Assembly: GCA_963737635.1 (NCBI GenBank)
Contig: CAVTTL010000001.1
Span: forward strand, 160,001 to 224,000
Source of the DNA: an uncultured Methanoregulaceae archaeon
GTDB lineage: Archaea; Halobacteriota; Methanomicrobia; Methanomicrobiales; Methanospirillaceae
Direction of reading: 5' to 3'
DNA: 64,000 bases
Part shown: positions 9,910 through 19,513 of the stretch, in pieces
Numbering within the stretch: the first letter of the stretch is position 1
Layout: each line of letters opens with the position of its first letter
Program-made: the position numbers and the translations under genes
The notes under the pieces: generated by a model
What the model was told of the DNA's origin: nothing
The model's input: only the letters and a program-made list of their open reading frames with translations
Databases searched by the model: none

Positions 9910-11262
9910 TTACTTTCTCGTCTCTTCGGCTTCTATGCCATAGAAGTCTAGTTTTATTTGGACAGCTTCTTTCTGTACTCTATCTTCATCAATTTTATCA
10001 AAGAAAGATGAAAGCTTGTCTTTAATGTCATACTCAGGGCCAGTGATTTTTCTAGAATTTGCTGCTACAGTTAAAACATCAGATAATAATTCCTTTCCGC
10101 CTTTGTTTGGAGCTATTGTTAAAACGCCCTCAGTTATAGCATCTTTACTGATTAACCCAACCTGATCTAATGAGTTCCTCACTTTTTGAACAACCGCAAC
10201 TTCAAATTCGTCAATTAATTCGTCTTCTGTGACCGAATCCCGATTTTGTATTTTTACGAGTATATCCGTTGACTCAGGTACACTTCTTATAAGACGCAAT
10301 ATGTCAGCAGCATTGTTGTATTCGTAATAATTCAAACCTAGCAATGTGCCACTTGTAGGGCGACTTAATGCATCTTCTAATTGGAGTGTACGTGTCCTTT
10401 GGGCAAGTCCCATATTATCAACGTGCCTAATTAACCGATTCACAACCCTCTGATTCCACCCTGTAGCTTCAACAATTTCGCTTTGAGTGATATAACCTCC
10501 AAATTCTCCCGTTGTGATTAATAACTGCTTTAATGCAACTCTTACCTCATTTGCCTCTTCTAATACAGTTTGCCAAGTATTCAGGGCTTTTTCTCCGAGA
10601 ACGTATGCTTTAGCAAAAGTAAATTCTCTTCCAGTTACACTAATCGGACGGATTATGTCGATATCTGATAATGCACCATAATCCCTTGCAAAATCAGCCC
10701 AATTTGGAGAATTTGCCTCAAGATCATTTGTAAGTTCCGGAAAATCCTGAATACGGTACATAATATCAAAATGGTTTTTTTGCTCGCTAAACAACTTTGT
10801 ATTCAAAAGGAAGTTATTTCGGACATACAATTTACTGCCCACTTGATATGGCATTACTTTTTCAATTTTCTTTTTTGTTGGATCAAATTGAATTATTCCA
10901 TCGGAAATAAGATGAGGTATAACAGTACCATTCAAACTAGTGTTGAAACTAGATCTTTGACTTGTTGTAGGTGTGACATTCCAAACTCTTTCCACAATAT
11001 CATTCACGGAATGAGTGGAGTGAGCAGCATCCAAAAATGCCAATGCTCTGGCTAGAGAGACGGCAGAGCTAAAATGTCCGGCATGTCTTTGATAAGTTCT
11101 CAGTGGATTCGATAAAACAAATTCTCTGACCCCACGGGTCATCTGATCTACCGCTCTTATTACATCATTTAATTGTTTATCATTCAAACGAGAGAGAACA
11201 TTTGGAGGTATTTTTTTAACCATAGGATCTGAAAGATAGGGTTTAAAAATATCATCGGCCAT
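9910..11262 (-). CDS. Uncharacterised 450-aa transposon cargo protein with several winged-helix-like segments
   Basis: ITQSEIVEATGWNQRVVNRLIRHVDNMGLAQR and VTEDELIDEF...RNSLDQVGLISK. Confidence 0.6.
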   Translation of the reverse strand: MADDIFKPYLSDPMVKKIPPNVLSRLNDKQLNDVIRAVDQMTRGVREFVLSNPLRTYQRHAGHFSSAVSLARALAFLDAAHSTHSVNDIVERVWNVTPTTSQRSSFNTSLNGTVIPHLISDGIIQFDPTKKKIEKVMPYQVGSKLYVRNNFLLNTKLFSEQKNHFDIMYRIQDFPELTNDLEANSPNWADFARDYGALSDIDIIRPISVTGREFTFAKAYVLGEKALNTWQTVLEEANEVRVALKQLLITTGEFGGYITQSEIVEATGWNQRVVNRLIRHVDNMGLAQRTRTLQLEDALSRPTSGTLLGLNYYEYNNAADILRLIRSVPESTDILVKIQNRDSVTEDELIDEFEVAVVQKVRNSLDQVGLISKDAITEGVLTIAPNKGGKELLSDVLTVAANSRKITGPEYDIKDKLSSFFDKIDEDRVQKEAVQIKLDFYGIEAEETRK

Positions 11263-11263
11263 A

Positions 11264-12238
11264 TCATTTCATCTCCTTGAGGATTTTCTTCTTGCAATCA
11301 TCCAAAAATATTTGAGAAATTATTATATTATCTGTTTTTGGGTCAAGGGACACAATCGAAGCATTGTTAATTTTTAATCTCCAATTCTCGTGTTTAAATA
11401 GACGATCAAGATCAGGGGCGAAATCATAATTCTTTAGAGATTTTAACAAGATATCACGATCTTCAGCTTGTTTTATTGAATGAATTGCATCGGAAAATAT
11501 TGCAAAAATTTGTTCATTCAGATCAAGAATAGGGGCAAACGGATGTATGGATGTGCTCGATGCTTTCCCCTCCAATTTATAACTCATAGCTGAAGCCAAT
11601 CCCCGAATTAATGAAAAATATTGCATATTTTGTTTATTCACTTTTTCAATTTTGTACAGAGGCTCAAAAAGTGTGGAAATGTCTTTACCAGAAGGATTAC
11701 GGATTGTTTTTATTGAAATTATGGTATGAGCTGAACTGATAATCATAATCCTTCGGATTGTATCTAATGATGTGGCATTACCTAATTGTTGAGATAATTC
11801 TAGATCATTAAGTCCTTCCTTAAAATTCTCAATAACTTCCCAACAATGGTTTTCAAAGATTAAGGAAAAGGGTGAAAACGGATCGCACACCATTGAATCA
11901 TAGCTCTCAGCAAGCAATCCCGCAGTAATATGGTTTTTTGTTGAGGAATCTAAATCGTCTTCCAATGCAGGAATGCCCCCAACCCATCTAACGAACGATT
12001 TTTTTGACTTTATTCCTTTATATTTGACTACAAATCCCTCGTTCTGAAGAATATTTGCGCGTCTACCTGTGTTGCTTGCATGAAGGCCTATCTCTAAAGC
12101 AAGATCAGGGACGGAAATCTCCTTCCTCTCGAAAACTATTTTTAGAATCTTTTCATCAATGGGATCAATTGGTCTATTAATGATCTTGGCAATTCGTGTT
12201 GTTTTCGAACCGCTTGATTTTTTTGGGTCTGGCTTCAT
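11264..12238 (-). CDS. Uncharacterised cargo protein with N-terminal MarR/ArsR-like wHTH
   Basis: DEKILKIV..RKEISVPDLALEIGLHASNTGRRANILQNEGFV; 1-nt gap to the next gene. Confidence 0.65.
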   Translation of the reverse strand: MKPDPKKSSGSKTTRIAKIINRPIDPIDEKILKIVFERKEISVPDLALEIGLHASNTGRRANILQNEGFVVKYKGIKSKKSFVRWVGGIPALEDDLDSSTKNHITAGLLAESYDSMVCDPFSPFSLIFENHCWEVIENFKEGLNDLELSQQLGNATSLDTIRRIMIISSAHTIISIKTIRNPSGKDISTLFEPLYKIEKVNKQNMQYFSLIRGLASAMSYKLEGKASSTSIHPFAPILDLNEQIFAIFSDAIHSIKQAEDRDILLKSLKNYDFAPDLDRLFKHENWRLKINNASIVSLDPKTDNIIISQIFLDDCKKKILKEMK

Positions 12239-12388
12239 AATACATTCATTCTCCCCGAAGTTTTTACATCTTTGCGCAATCTGCAACTCTGCGCAACTCT
12301 GCGCATATAATCAACGTTGCTCTCCTGACTACTTATAAATAACTCCATTTCGAACATTAATTTTCACCCTGCGTTCTGAATGTTTTAA

Positions 12389-12538
12389 TTAACCATTCAT
12401 TTTCTCTCTCTTCGGAATGTTCCAATAAGGACTCTTACACTTCGGACAAACTTTTGGCTCCTCCGTACCTCGTGCGATCCACTCGTGCCCACACCGTTCA
12501 CACTTGAATCCATCAACTACTAGCTTCACTTTTGCCAT
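12389..12538 (-). CDS. 49-aa C4 zinc-ribbon protein (not in ORF track)
   Basis: MAKVKLVVDGFKCERCGHEWIARGTEEPKVCPKCKSPYWNIPKREKMNG*; divergent from the transposase. Confidence 0.75.
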   Translation of the reverse strand: MAKVKLVVDGFKCERCGHEWIARGTEEPKVCPKCKSPYWNIPKREKMNG

Positions 12539-12662
12539 GCATAGTGTGTTACTTTGTTAGTATATAATTATGTAAGGTATTACCAACTAATCGGCAAGTA
12601 TATATGCAATGCTTACGTATATAGTAATATACCAACAAGGTAAGTTTAAGGAGTGAAAAAAG

Positions 12663-13898
12663 ATGCAAACCAACAAACCCCTAACCACCAGCCGCGAAGA
12701 GAGGGGGCGAGAAATCGCTAACAAGAGCGGTCACATCCAGAAAGTCAAAGACAACCAGTACAAGGTAAGGTCACAGTCCGGCAATGGCTCTTATGAGATC
12801 AAAATCACCGGGACCGGGGCCGAATGCAGTTGCCCGGATTTCCAGAACCGGCACCAGCCCTGTAAACACATTCTGGGACTTCGCTATTATCTTGAAATTC
12901 AGAAAGATACTCCAAAAGGCACCGTTACTGAAAAGGTACGCTTAACCTACACTCAGGCATGGAGCGCATACAACGCCGCGCAGACAGAAGAGATCAAGAT
13001 ATTCGATGCTCTGTTAAAGGACTTAGTAAAGGCGATTCCTGAGCCGGAGCAAAAGATGGGGAGACCGCGCCTGCCCATGAGTGAAACTCTCTTCTGTGCG
13101 ATTCAGAAGGTATACTCGCAGTTATCCAGCCGCCGCGCACACAGCCTCTTTCAAAATGCAGTCGAGCGGAAACAGATCGACCACGCGCCATACTTCAATG
13201 TAACATCAGCCGTTTTTAACAACCCTGAGATTACGCCGATACTTCACGAACTGGTTACACTCTCGGCGTTACCGGTTGCCGGTCTGGAAACAGACTTCGC
13301 GGTAGACTCTACCGGATTCAGAACCACTACATTTAGCGAATACTGCGGAATGAAACATGGACAGAAGAAAGCACACCGATGGATCAAGGCACACTTGGCA
13401 ACCGGTGTAAAGACCAATATCGTAACAAGTATTGAGATCACCGGAGAGAACGGTGCGGATTCCCCGCAGTTTACGCCACTTGTCAAAGACATCTCAAAGA
13501 ATTTCAATATCCACGAGATTTCCGCCGACAAAGCATATTCATCCCGCGACAACTACGAGACTGTAAATGCAGTCGGCGGTACTGCATATATCCCGTTCAA
13601 GAATCATGCAACTGGCAAGACTCGCGGCTCTCCCATCTGGAAAAAGATGTACCATTACTTCCAACTTAACAAGGACGAGTTTATGGAGCACTATCACAAG
13701 CGCAGTAATGTAGAATCCACCAACGCAGCGATCAAAAGGAAGTTCGGGGAAACCCTGAAATCAAAGAATCAGATCGCGCAGGTGAACGAATTACTAGCAA
13801 AAATCATCGCATACAATCTGACGGTAGTAATTCACGAGATGTACGAGAATGGGATCTCACCGGACTTCCTGCACGTAAAGTCCGAGGTTTGCACGTAA
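12663..13898 (+). CDS. SWIM-zinc-finger DDE transposase (IS4/IS5-like superfamily)
   Basis: SWIM CSC-x9-CKH. DDE triad AVDSTG / ADKAY / NVES. Y-2-R-3-E-6-K motif YHKRSNVESTNAAIK. RBS GGAGTG. Confidence 0.9.
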   Translation: MQTNKPLTTSREERGREIANKSGHIQKVKDNQYKVRSQSGNGSYEIKITGTGAECSCPDFQNRHQPCKHILGLRYYLEIQKDTPKGTVTEKVRLTYTQAWSAYNAAQTEEIKIFDALLKDLVKAIPEPEQKMGRPRLPMSETLFCAIQKVYSQLSSRRAHSLFQNAVERKQIDHAPYFNVTSAVFNNPEITPILHELVTLSALPVAGLETDFAVDSTGFRTTTFSEYCGMKHGQKKAHRWIKAHLATGVKTNIVTSIEITGENGADSPQFTPLVKDISKNFNIHEISADKAYSSRDNYETVNAVGGTAYIPFKNHATGKTRGSPIWKKMYHYFQLNKDEFMEHYHKRSNVESTNAAIKRKFGETLKSKNQIAQVNELLAKIIAYNLTVVIHEMYENGISPDFLHVKSEVCT

Positions 13899-13932
13899 TG
13901 TAGGGTCAAAACCCTACTTTACGTGCAAAGCC

Positions 13933-13941
13933 GGTCTCACT
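13933..13941 (+). repeat. Target-site duplication, right (contains the birA stop)
   Basis: GGTCTCACT, identical to 9797-9805. Confidence 0.9.
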
Positions 13942-14892
13942 GGTGGAAACAGTCGCCGGCGATTACACGTTCAAGCTTGCCATTGTCTTTGCGGATGATG
14001 AGCGCGCCAAACTCGTCGATATCAACCGCCTCACCAGAAAAACTGTTCTTGAGTGTCCGGATATTCACCCGGTGTTCGAGTGTGCAGGAGAGGCTTTTCC
14101 ATTCCCGGATGATGGTATCGTATTCCCCACCTTCGAGAAGGAGATACTGGCCCTCAAACTCTTTTAAGATCCGTGCGAGAAACGAAGCACGGTCTACTTC
14201 GTGGCCGAGTTCTGCGGATATCGAGGTAATATTGTCCTGCAGCGCCGGAGAGAACGTACTGATGGGAACATTTGCATCGATGCCTATCCCGAGCAGGCAG
14301 TAATGGACGGTATCAGCTTCCGCCGCGAGCTCAAGAAGCAGGCCTGCGACTTTCTTGTTCCCAATGAAGATGTCATTTGGCCACTTGATCAGTCCACCGA
14401 GGGAAAACTCCTTGCGTATCGCCCGTGCAACCGCGACAGAACCTGCCATGGTGATCATAAAGACATGATCGATCGGGATATGGGGCTTTAGGACAATCGT
14501 AATCCAGATCCCGCCGCTGGGCGAGAGCCAGGCCCTTCCCATCCTGCCGATGCCGCCGGTCTGCTCCTCGGCGATGATTACCATACCGTGCATCTTCTCT
14601 ACGTCGCCTTCGGCACAGAGCTGTTTTCCCGCCCAGATGGTCGAAGGCGTATTCTCCAGGTACCGCATCTTCTTTCCAATAAACGTGGTATGGAGTTTTT
14701 TATGGATCTCGTACGGGAGCAGCTTGTTGCTCATGCGGGTGAGCCGGTACCCTCTTTCTGAGATGACTCGATGTCATAACCCATCATGCGCAGTTCGTTG
14801 ATGTGCTTCCATACCGCAGACCGGGTGATGCCCAGTTCGTTGCTGACAGCCTCACCTGATATGGGACCGTCCGCCTTTTCGAGAATTTCCAT
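13937..14892 (-). CDS. birA: Bifunctional biotin ligase/repressor (frameshift near 14750 separates the HTH)
   Basis: QTGGIGRMGR, KWPND, KKVAGLL; the upstream frame encodes ISGEAVSNELGITRSAVWKHINELR (HTH). Confidence 0.9.
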
Positions 14893-14922
14893 GACCCGAA
14901 ATGCAGAATCAGGCGTAACAGT

Positions 14923-15345
14923 TCACCTCCGGTTATTGCTTGAATCCTGCGGCAGCGGGCAGGGATCCTTACCGCAGACCTGTTTAATAATTGCGGATTG
15001 GTGTTCCATCAACGTGGCCAGATCGAAGATCCCGGTGACATCGACGACTCCGATTGCACCGATAGCCTTTCCATCGCGATCCCTGATCGGAGCTACCGTT
15101 ACCGGTACCCCTTTATAGGCACCTTGCTCCGGTGTTATTTTGATCACCTTGTTCGATTCGATGGACGCTTCGAGCACCGGGCCGGTATAATTACGGTCAA
15201 CCACCCGGCCGTCCTCAATCCGGATACCTGGTTTGAGTAACGATTTCGCCGTCACCGGCAGGCGGTGAATGATCTCATGGATGGCAAGGGCCACCGGTTC
15301 AAGATCTGCTGCCTCCGCAGTTTCGCATAACATGTAACGGTGCAT
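14923..15345 (-). CDS. DUF2111-like methanogen conserved protein
   Basis: LPVTAKS...GIRIE.G.V.D..YTGPVLE...YKGVPV.VAPI...GAIGVVD. Confidence 0.7.
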   Translation of the reverse strand: MHRYMLCETAEAADLEPVALAIHEIIHRLPVTAKSLLKPGIRIEDGRVVDRNYTGPVLEASIESNKVIKITPEQGAYKGVPVTVAPIRDRDGKAIGAIGVVDVTGIFDLATLMEHQSAIIKQVCGKDPCPLPQDSSNNRR

Positions 15346-15380
15346 CGGATATTCCTCATATCAATCTGGTATTTTTCCTG

Positions 15381-15957
15381 CTAGAATAAGGTTTGCGTAC
15401 CCTGAGCGCAGAATTGTTGTACAAAAGCACGGGAGGGATATTCGTGGACGCTGGTCACGATCACCGTTCCTTTCCCCACGTTTTTCTCGATGATGACCGG
15501 TGAGCCATCAGAGCCTCCAGCTATATCCCCTTCATGGGAGGGAAACGAGCCATCACACTCGATGCAGGCGGGATCGTAGTCTTCTATAAGAGCCGTCCCC
15601 AGCACCGATCCCCCGCAGGTAACCTTCCGGGGAAAGACATCGTGCCGGTACGTGACCGGAAACGGCAGCCAGTCGTACGCGTCCGGCCGGTCGATTGCCG
15701 CCCCGAAAACAAGGAGGTTGCCACCGTTCTCTACAAATCGTTGTATACGTTCCGAAGATGCACGGAGTGCCGGAAGCAACCGGCAAAATGCAGGGTTTGC
15801 AAAACCGGTAGGGATAACAAGGCAGGTAAACGAGCCACGGAAGAATGGTGCAGCGAGCATGTACGGGGTAACGAGCTCGCAAGGGACGCCGCAATCCTCG
15901 ATATACCGGACAAAATGCTGGGGCGTCTCCCAGACAAATCCCGCCCGGCGAGCTCAT
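15381..15957 (-). CDS. Conserved hypothetical protein (frameshifted)
   Basis: Split ORFs; FVENGGNLLVFG suggests a class I GATase-like fold. Confidence 0.5.
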
Positions 15958-17388
15958 CCTTTGATCACTCCCAGCGGGGAGAGACGGGCGACGAGAGTGG
16001 AGAGCCCGGCATCATGAACGACCTGTACCACTTCACTGCTGGGTTTGTAGACCTCCGGTGCCTCGTCGGCAATCGCCGCCTCATTAGGTGCCCTGACGAT
16101 AATTCCCTGGGCAAGGAGCCGGTCAGCCACCTCTTTTCCGGTCAGTGCCTTTTTGGCCTGGGACCGGCTCATGACTCGGCCCGAACCGTGGCAGGTGCTG
16201 CCGAAGGTCCGCTCCATCGCTGTTGTGGTCCCTTTGAGGACGTACGATGATGTCCCCATGCTCCCGGGAATGAGCACCGGTTGGCCGATCCCGGCAAGGT
16301 CCGCTGGCAGGTCCGGGGCACCGGGCCCAAACGACCGGGTGGCTCCTTTGCGGTGTACCATGAGCCGGGTCCGGCGGCCGTCATACTGATGCTCCTCAAT
16401 CTTTGCTACGTTATGGGCGACATCGTAGACAAGGGGCATACTTTCGTACCCGATCCCGAACATCCGGACGAACTCCTGGCGTGCCGCGTGCAGGATCAGC
16501 TGGCGGTTTGCCCATGCATAATTTGCCGCGGCGGCCATCGCCCCAAAATAAGCTGTTCCTTCGGGAGACTCGATAGGGGCGCAGGCAAGCTGGCGATCCG
16601 GGAGGAGGATATGATACTTCTTTGTCGCAGTCTCCAGGGTTTTAATATGATCGGTACAGATCTGGTGGCCAAGCCCCCGGGAGCCGCAGTGGATCATGCA
16701 GCATATCCGGCCCTTTTCCAGGCCAAATGCCGCCGCTGCTGCCTCATCGTAGATCTCACAAACTTCCTGGAGCTCGAGAAAATGGTTGCCCGAACCAAGC
16801 GTTCCACCCTGGGGGACTCCCCGGGCCCGGGCCTTAGCCGAGACCGCACGGGTATCGGCCTGTTTCATGGCACCACCTTCTTCGCACCGGACAAGATCCC
16901 GTTCAAGGCCGTCAGCCGGCTTCTATTGCCCAGCGCGCTCCCTTCTCCATCATAGCATCGAGTGCTGCCGGAGTAAGCTTGAGAGAACTCTTTGCACCGA
17001 CACCGGTTGGCACGGCACGATATAAGGCCTCGATGAGATCCCGGGGTTTTTTAATATCCCTTCGCACAAGCGGTGTGGTAAAGAGCCGCACCCCGCAGTT
17101 GATGTCAAACCCGACCCCTCCGGGAGAGATTATCCCTTCATCAAAGGAGAACGCCGCGACACCACCGATGGGAAAACCGTAGCCCCAGTGGAGGTCCGGC
17201 ATACCCAGAGAATACTTGACGATCCCCGGCAGGGTGGCAACATTTGCCAGCTGCTGTACGGCACCCGGTTCAAGGATAGCCTCAAGGGCATCTGAAAGGA
17301 AAAACCGCCCCGGCACGCGCATACCAGGCACATAACCGAGGGGTATCTCCCATTCACTTGGACCGGCTCGTATCACACCTTCAGGCAT
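15954..17388 (-). CDS. rtcB: RtcB RNA ligase (frameshift near 16910)
   Basis: MPDLHWGYGFPIGG, GFDINCG, GSGNHFLE, HRKGAT, STCHGSGR. Confidence 0.95.
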
Positions 17389-17400
17389 CTCCGTTCCCCG

Positions 17401-17808
17401 CTATACATCAAATAAGATATCCAGCATATATCCTTTGGCATCTCTCTCGACCGTCATGCCCGAATACGAAATGCCTTTTACCTCCGTTCCTTTGGCATGC
17501 CGCGCCGGATCAAATAGTTCGCCGTCGAGAACCGCATGGAGCTGCATTCCCTCGAGATGTACATCGGCCTTCTGGAAGACCAGCCCCTCAACTTCAGAGA
17601 CATACAGCGCTTCAGACAGGAAATCAAAGAGAAGCGATTCAAGGTCGGCGGCAGTGAGATCGATCGTACGGATCATCCCTCCTCCGCGGTCCCCACCGTA
17701 CATCACCTGCATCAGCGCCTGGAACGATTCTCCGAAGAGTGCATCCGGGGTAGGGGCACGGACCCGCATCTTTACATCTGCTGTATGGGAAAGCTCTTCG
17801 TAACTCAT
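17401..17808 (-). CDS. Archease
   Basis: HTADV, EVKGISY, LFDV C-terminus; adjacent to rtcB. Confidence 0.92.
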   Translation of the reverse strand: MSYEELSHTADVKMRVRAPTPDALFGESFQALMQVMYGGDRGGGMIRTIDLTAADLESLLFDFLSEALYVSEVEGLVFQKADVHLEGMQLHAVLDGELFDPARHAKGTEVKGISYSGMTVERDAKGYMLDILFDV

Positions 17809-18095
17809 CGTTCCGGGTGCCTGAACCTTTCCGGTTCATCGTAGAACGGAATCATATCAGTCCGTATTTCAGCCAGAAAACGTGCCTGGTGAATGGAAAC
17901 ATAGATAGTATGGCGGGCGGCCTGGAGAAGGACATCGCTTTTTTTGGGGGGTTTAATACGAACCGGAAGAAGGATCGGACCTCCACATGAGGTACAGATA
18001 CGGAAATCGCAGTCCTTTTTCTCAATATAGTCCATGACATCAGGTGCGATGGTGATCCGGGAAACGCCGGGAGGATCAGAAGGCTTGCCAGGCAT
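17805..18095 (-). CDS. Conserved hypothetical protein (CTSCGGP motif)
   Basis: Operonic ORF overlapping the archease start. Confidence 0.6.
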   Translation of the reverse strand: MPGKPSDPPGVSRITIAPDVMDYIEKKDCDFRICTSCGGPILLPVRIKPPKKSDVLLQAARHTIYVSIHQARFLAEIRTDMIPFYDEPERFRHPER

Positions 18096-18156
18096 TATGC
18101 CGGTTATATTGTGAAGCGGTGGTAAAAACGGTTATGGTTAAGGAGAGGTGGCATGT

Positions 18157-18465
18157 TCATGCGCCAACGAGCCGCACGACCATGGATGCATACTTATCCC
18201 TGAGTTCATAGGTAGTGACTCCCCCGATGTTCCTGCTGACTTTCAGGATACCAATACGAGAGGCGATGATGCCTACCATAGATGCGATCGTGTGGAAGGA
18301 GACCTTGAACTGTTCCCTGAGATCTGCAAGGATATCTGCAATGGTCGTTTGCCGGATCCGGAGAAGGATCCGAAGCACTTCGCGGCGGATACCGGTCTTA
18401 TCCCGTGAGAGATATGATTTCAGCCGCCCCTCGATCATCCGTTCGATCTCAAACTGAGATCTCAT
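18157..18465 (-). CDS. DUF2551-like wHTH protein
   Basis: RL..YL.RD.TGIRR...ASMVG.I.SR.GIL. Confidence 0.7.
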   Translation of the reverse strand: MRSQFEIERMIEGRLKSYLSRDKTGIRREVLRILLRIRQTTIADILADLREQFKVSFHTIASMVGIIASRIGILKVSRNIGGVTTYELRDKYASMVVRLVGA

Positions 18466-18657
18466 GCGTTAGTGTCACGACTTTTTCCATAAATAACTTT
18501 TGTTTTTTTCCGTTTTACAAACCCTGTTCGAAAATCCTGACATTCCGGTCGGGTACAGGGACATTCTGCGGGATATTTGCCTGCAAAACTACAAGGACGC
18601 GATCTCCGCATCTTCCATTGGTAATTATTTAATCGTTCATGAACAGATGATTATACC

Positions 18658-19513
18658 ATGGAATTATTCCATTACAATATCGAAAAATATTCACCAAAGC
18701 AACTGGTGATAATCCCAACGGTGCTGCTGGTCCTCTCGCTGGTGGTGCTGGCCTATGTTACGCTCACCGTCGGGATGCCGGTTACACCGGGGATAGATTT
18801 CTCCGGAGGGACGGCAGTAACCGTGATTACCTCTGATACGCCGGCCCAGATCCAGTCGGAGTTCGCCGGTTACCCGCTGGTAAGTATCAGCCAAGGATTG
18901 AACAACGGGAAGTTCATCACCTTTGGGACGATGAGCGATACGCAGTACCAGAGACTTTACTTCCCTGATTGAGACCAAATATCCGGATGCCCAGATCGAT
19001 CAGATCGGCGAATCCTTTGGAAAAACTCTTCAGGATCAGGCATTAATCGCCCTCATTATTGCCTTTATCGGCATGGCGATCGTGGTTTTTGTCTCATTCA
19101 GGACCTTTGTCCCGTCCTGTGCAGTAGTTCTTTCGGCCTTTGCGGATATGGTCATGACCGCTGCTATGATGAATATCATTGGCATCCAACTTTCGCTTGG
19201 GACCGTTGCGGCGCTGCTCATGCTGATCGGGTATTCAGTGGATAGTGATATCTTGCTCACTACGAGGGTGCTTAAGCGGCAGGGAAAACTCAACGACAAA
19301 CTGACCGGGGCGTTCCATACCGGCATCATCATGACCTCTACGACTATCGCTGCGGTCACGGTGCTGCTCATCGTATCCTGGGCCGGGCAGGTCGAAATAG
19401 TAGAAGAGATCTCTGCGGTCCTTCTAATGGGGCTGTTCTTTGATATCCTGAACACCTGGCTCACCAACGTCGGTATCCTGAAATGGTATGTCCTCAAAGG
19501 AGGCGGGAAATGA
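18658..19513 (+). CDS. secF: Protein translocase SecF (frameshift near 18960)
   Basis: GIDFSGGT, IGYSVDSDILLT. Confidence 0.92.

Larger units (their letters stand above)
9806..13932 (+). mobile_element. Cargo-carrying DDE transposon, 4127 bp
   Basis: TIRs GGCTTTGCACGTAA (9806-9819) and TTACGTGCAAAGCC (13919-13932), a flanking TSD, an internal transposase and AT-rich cargo. Confidence 0.92.

Noticed and set aside
12280-12305. Short tandem repeat (ctgcaact/ctgcgcaact)
   Set aside because: Two to three 10-bp units are too few to assign a function; possibly a cargo operator.
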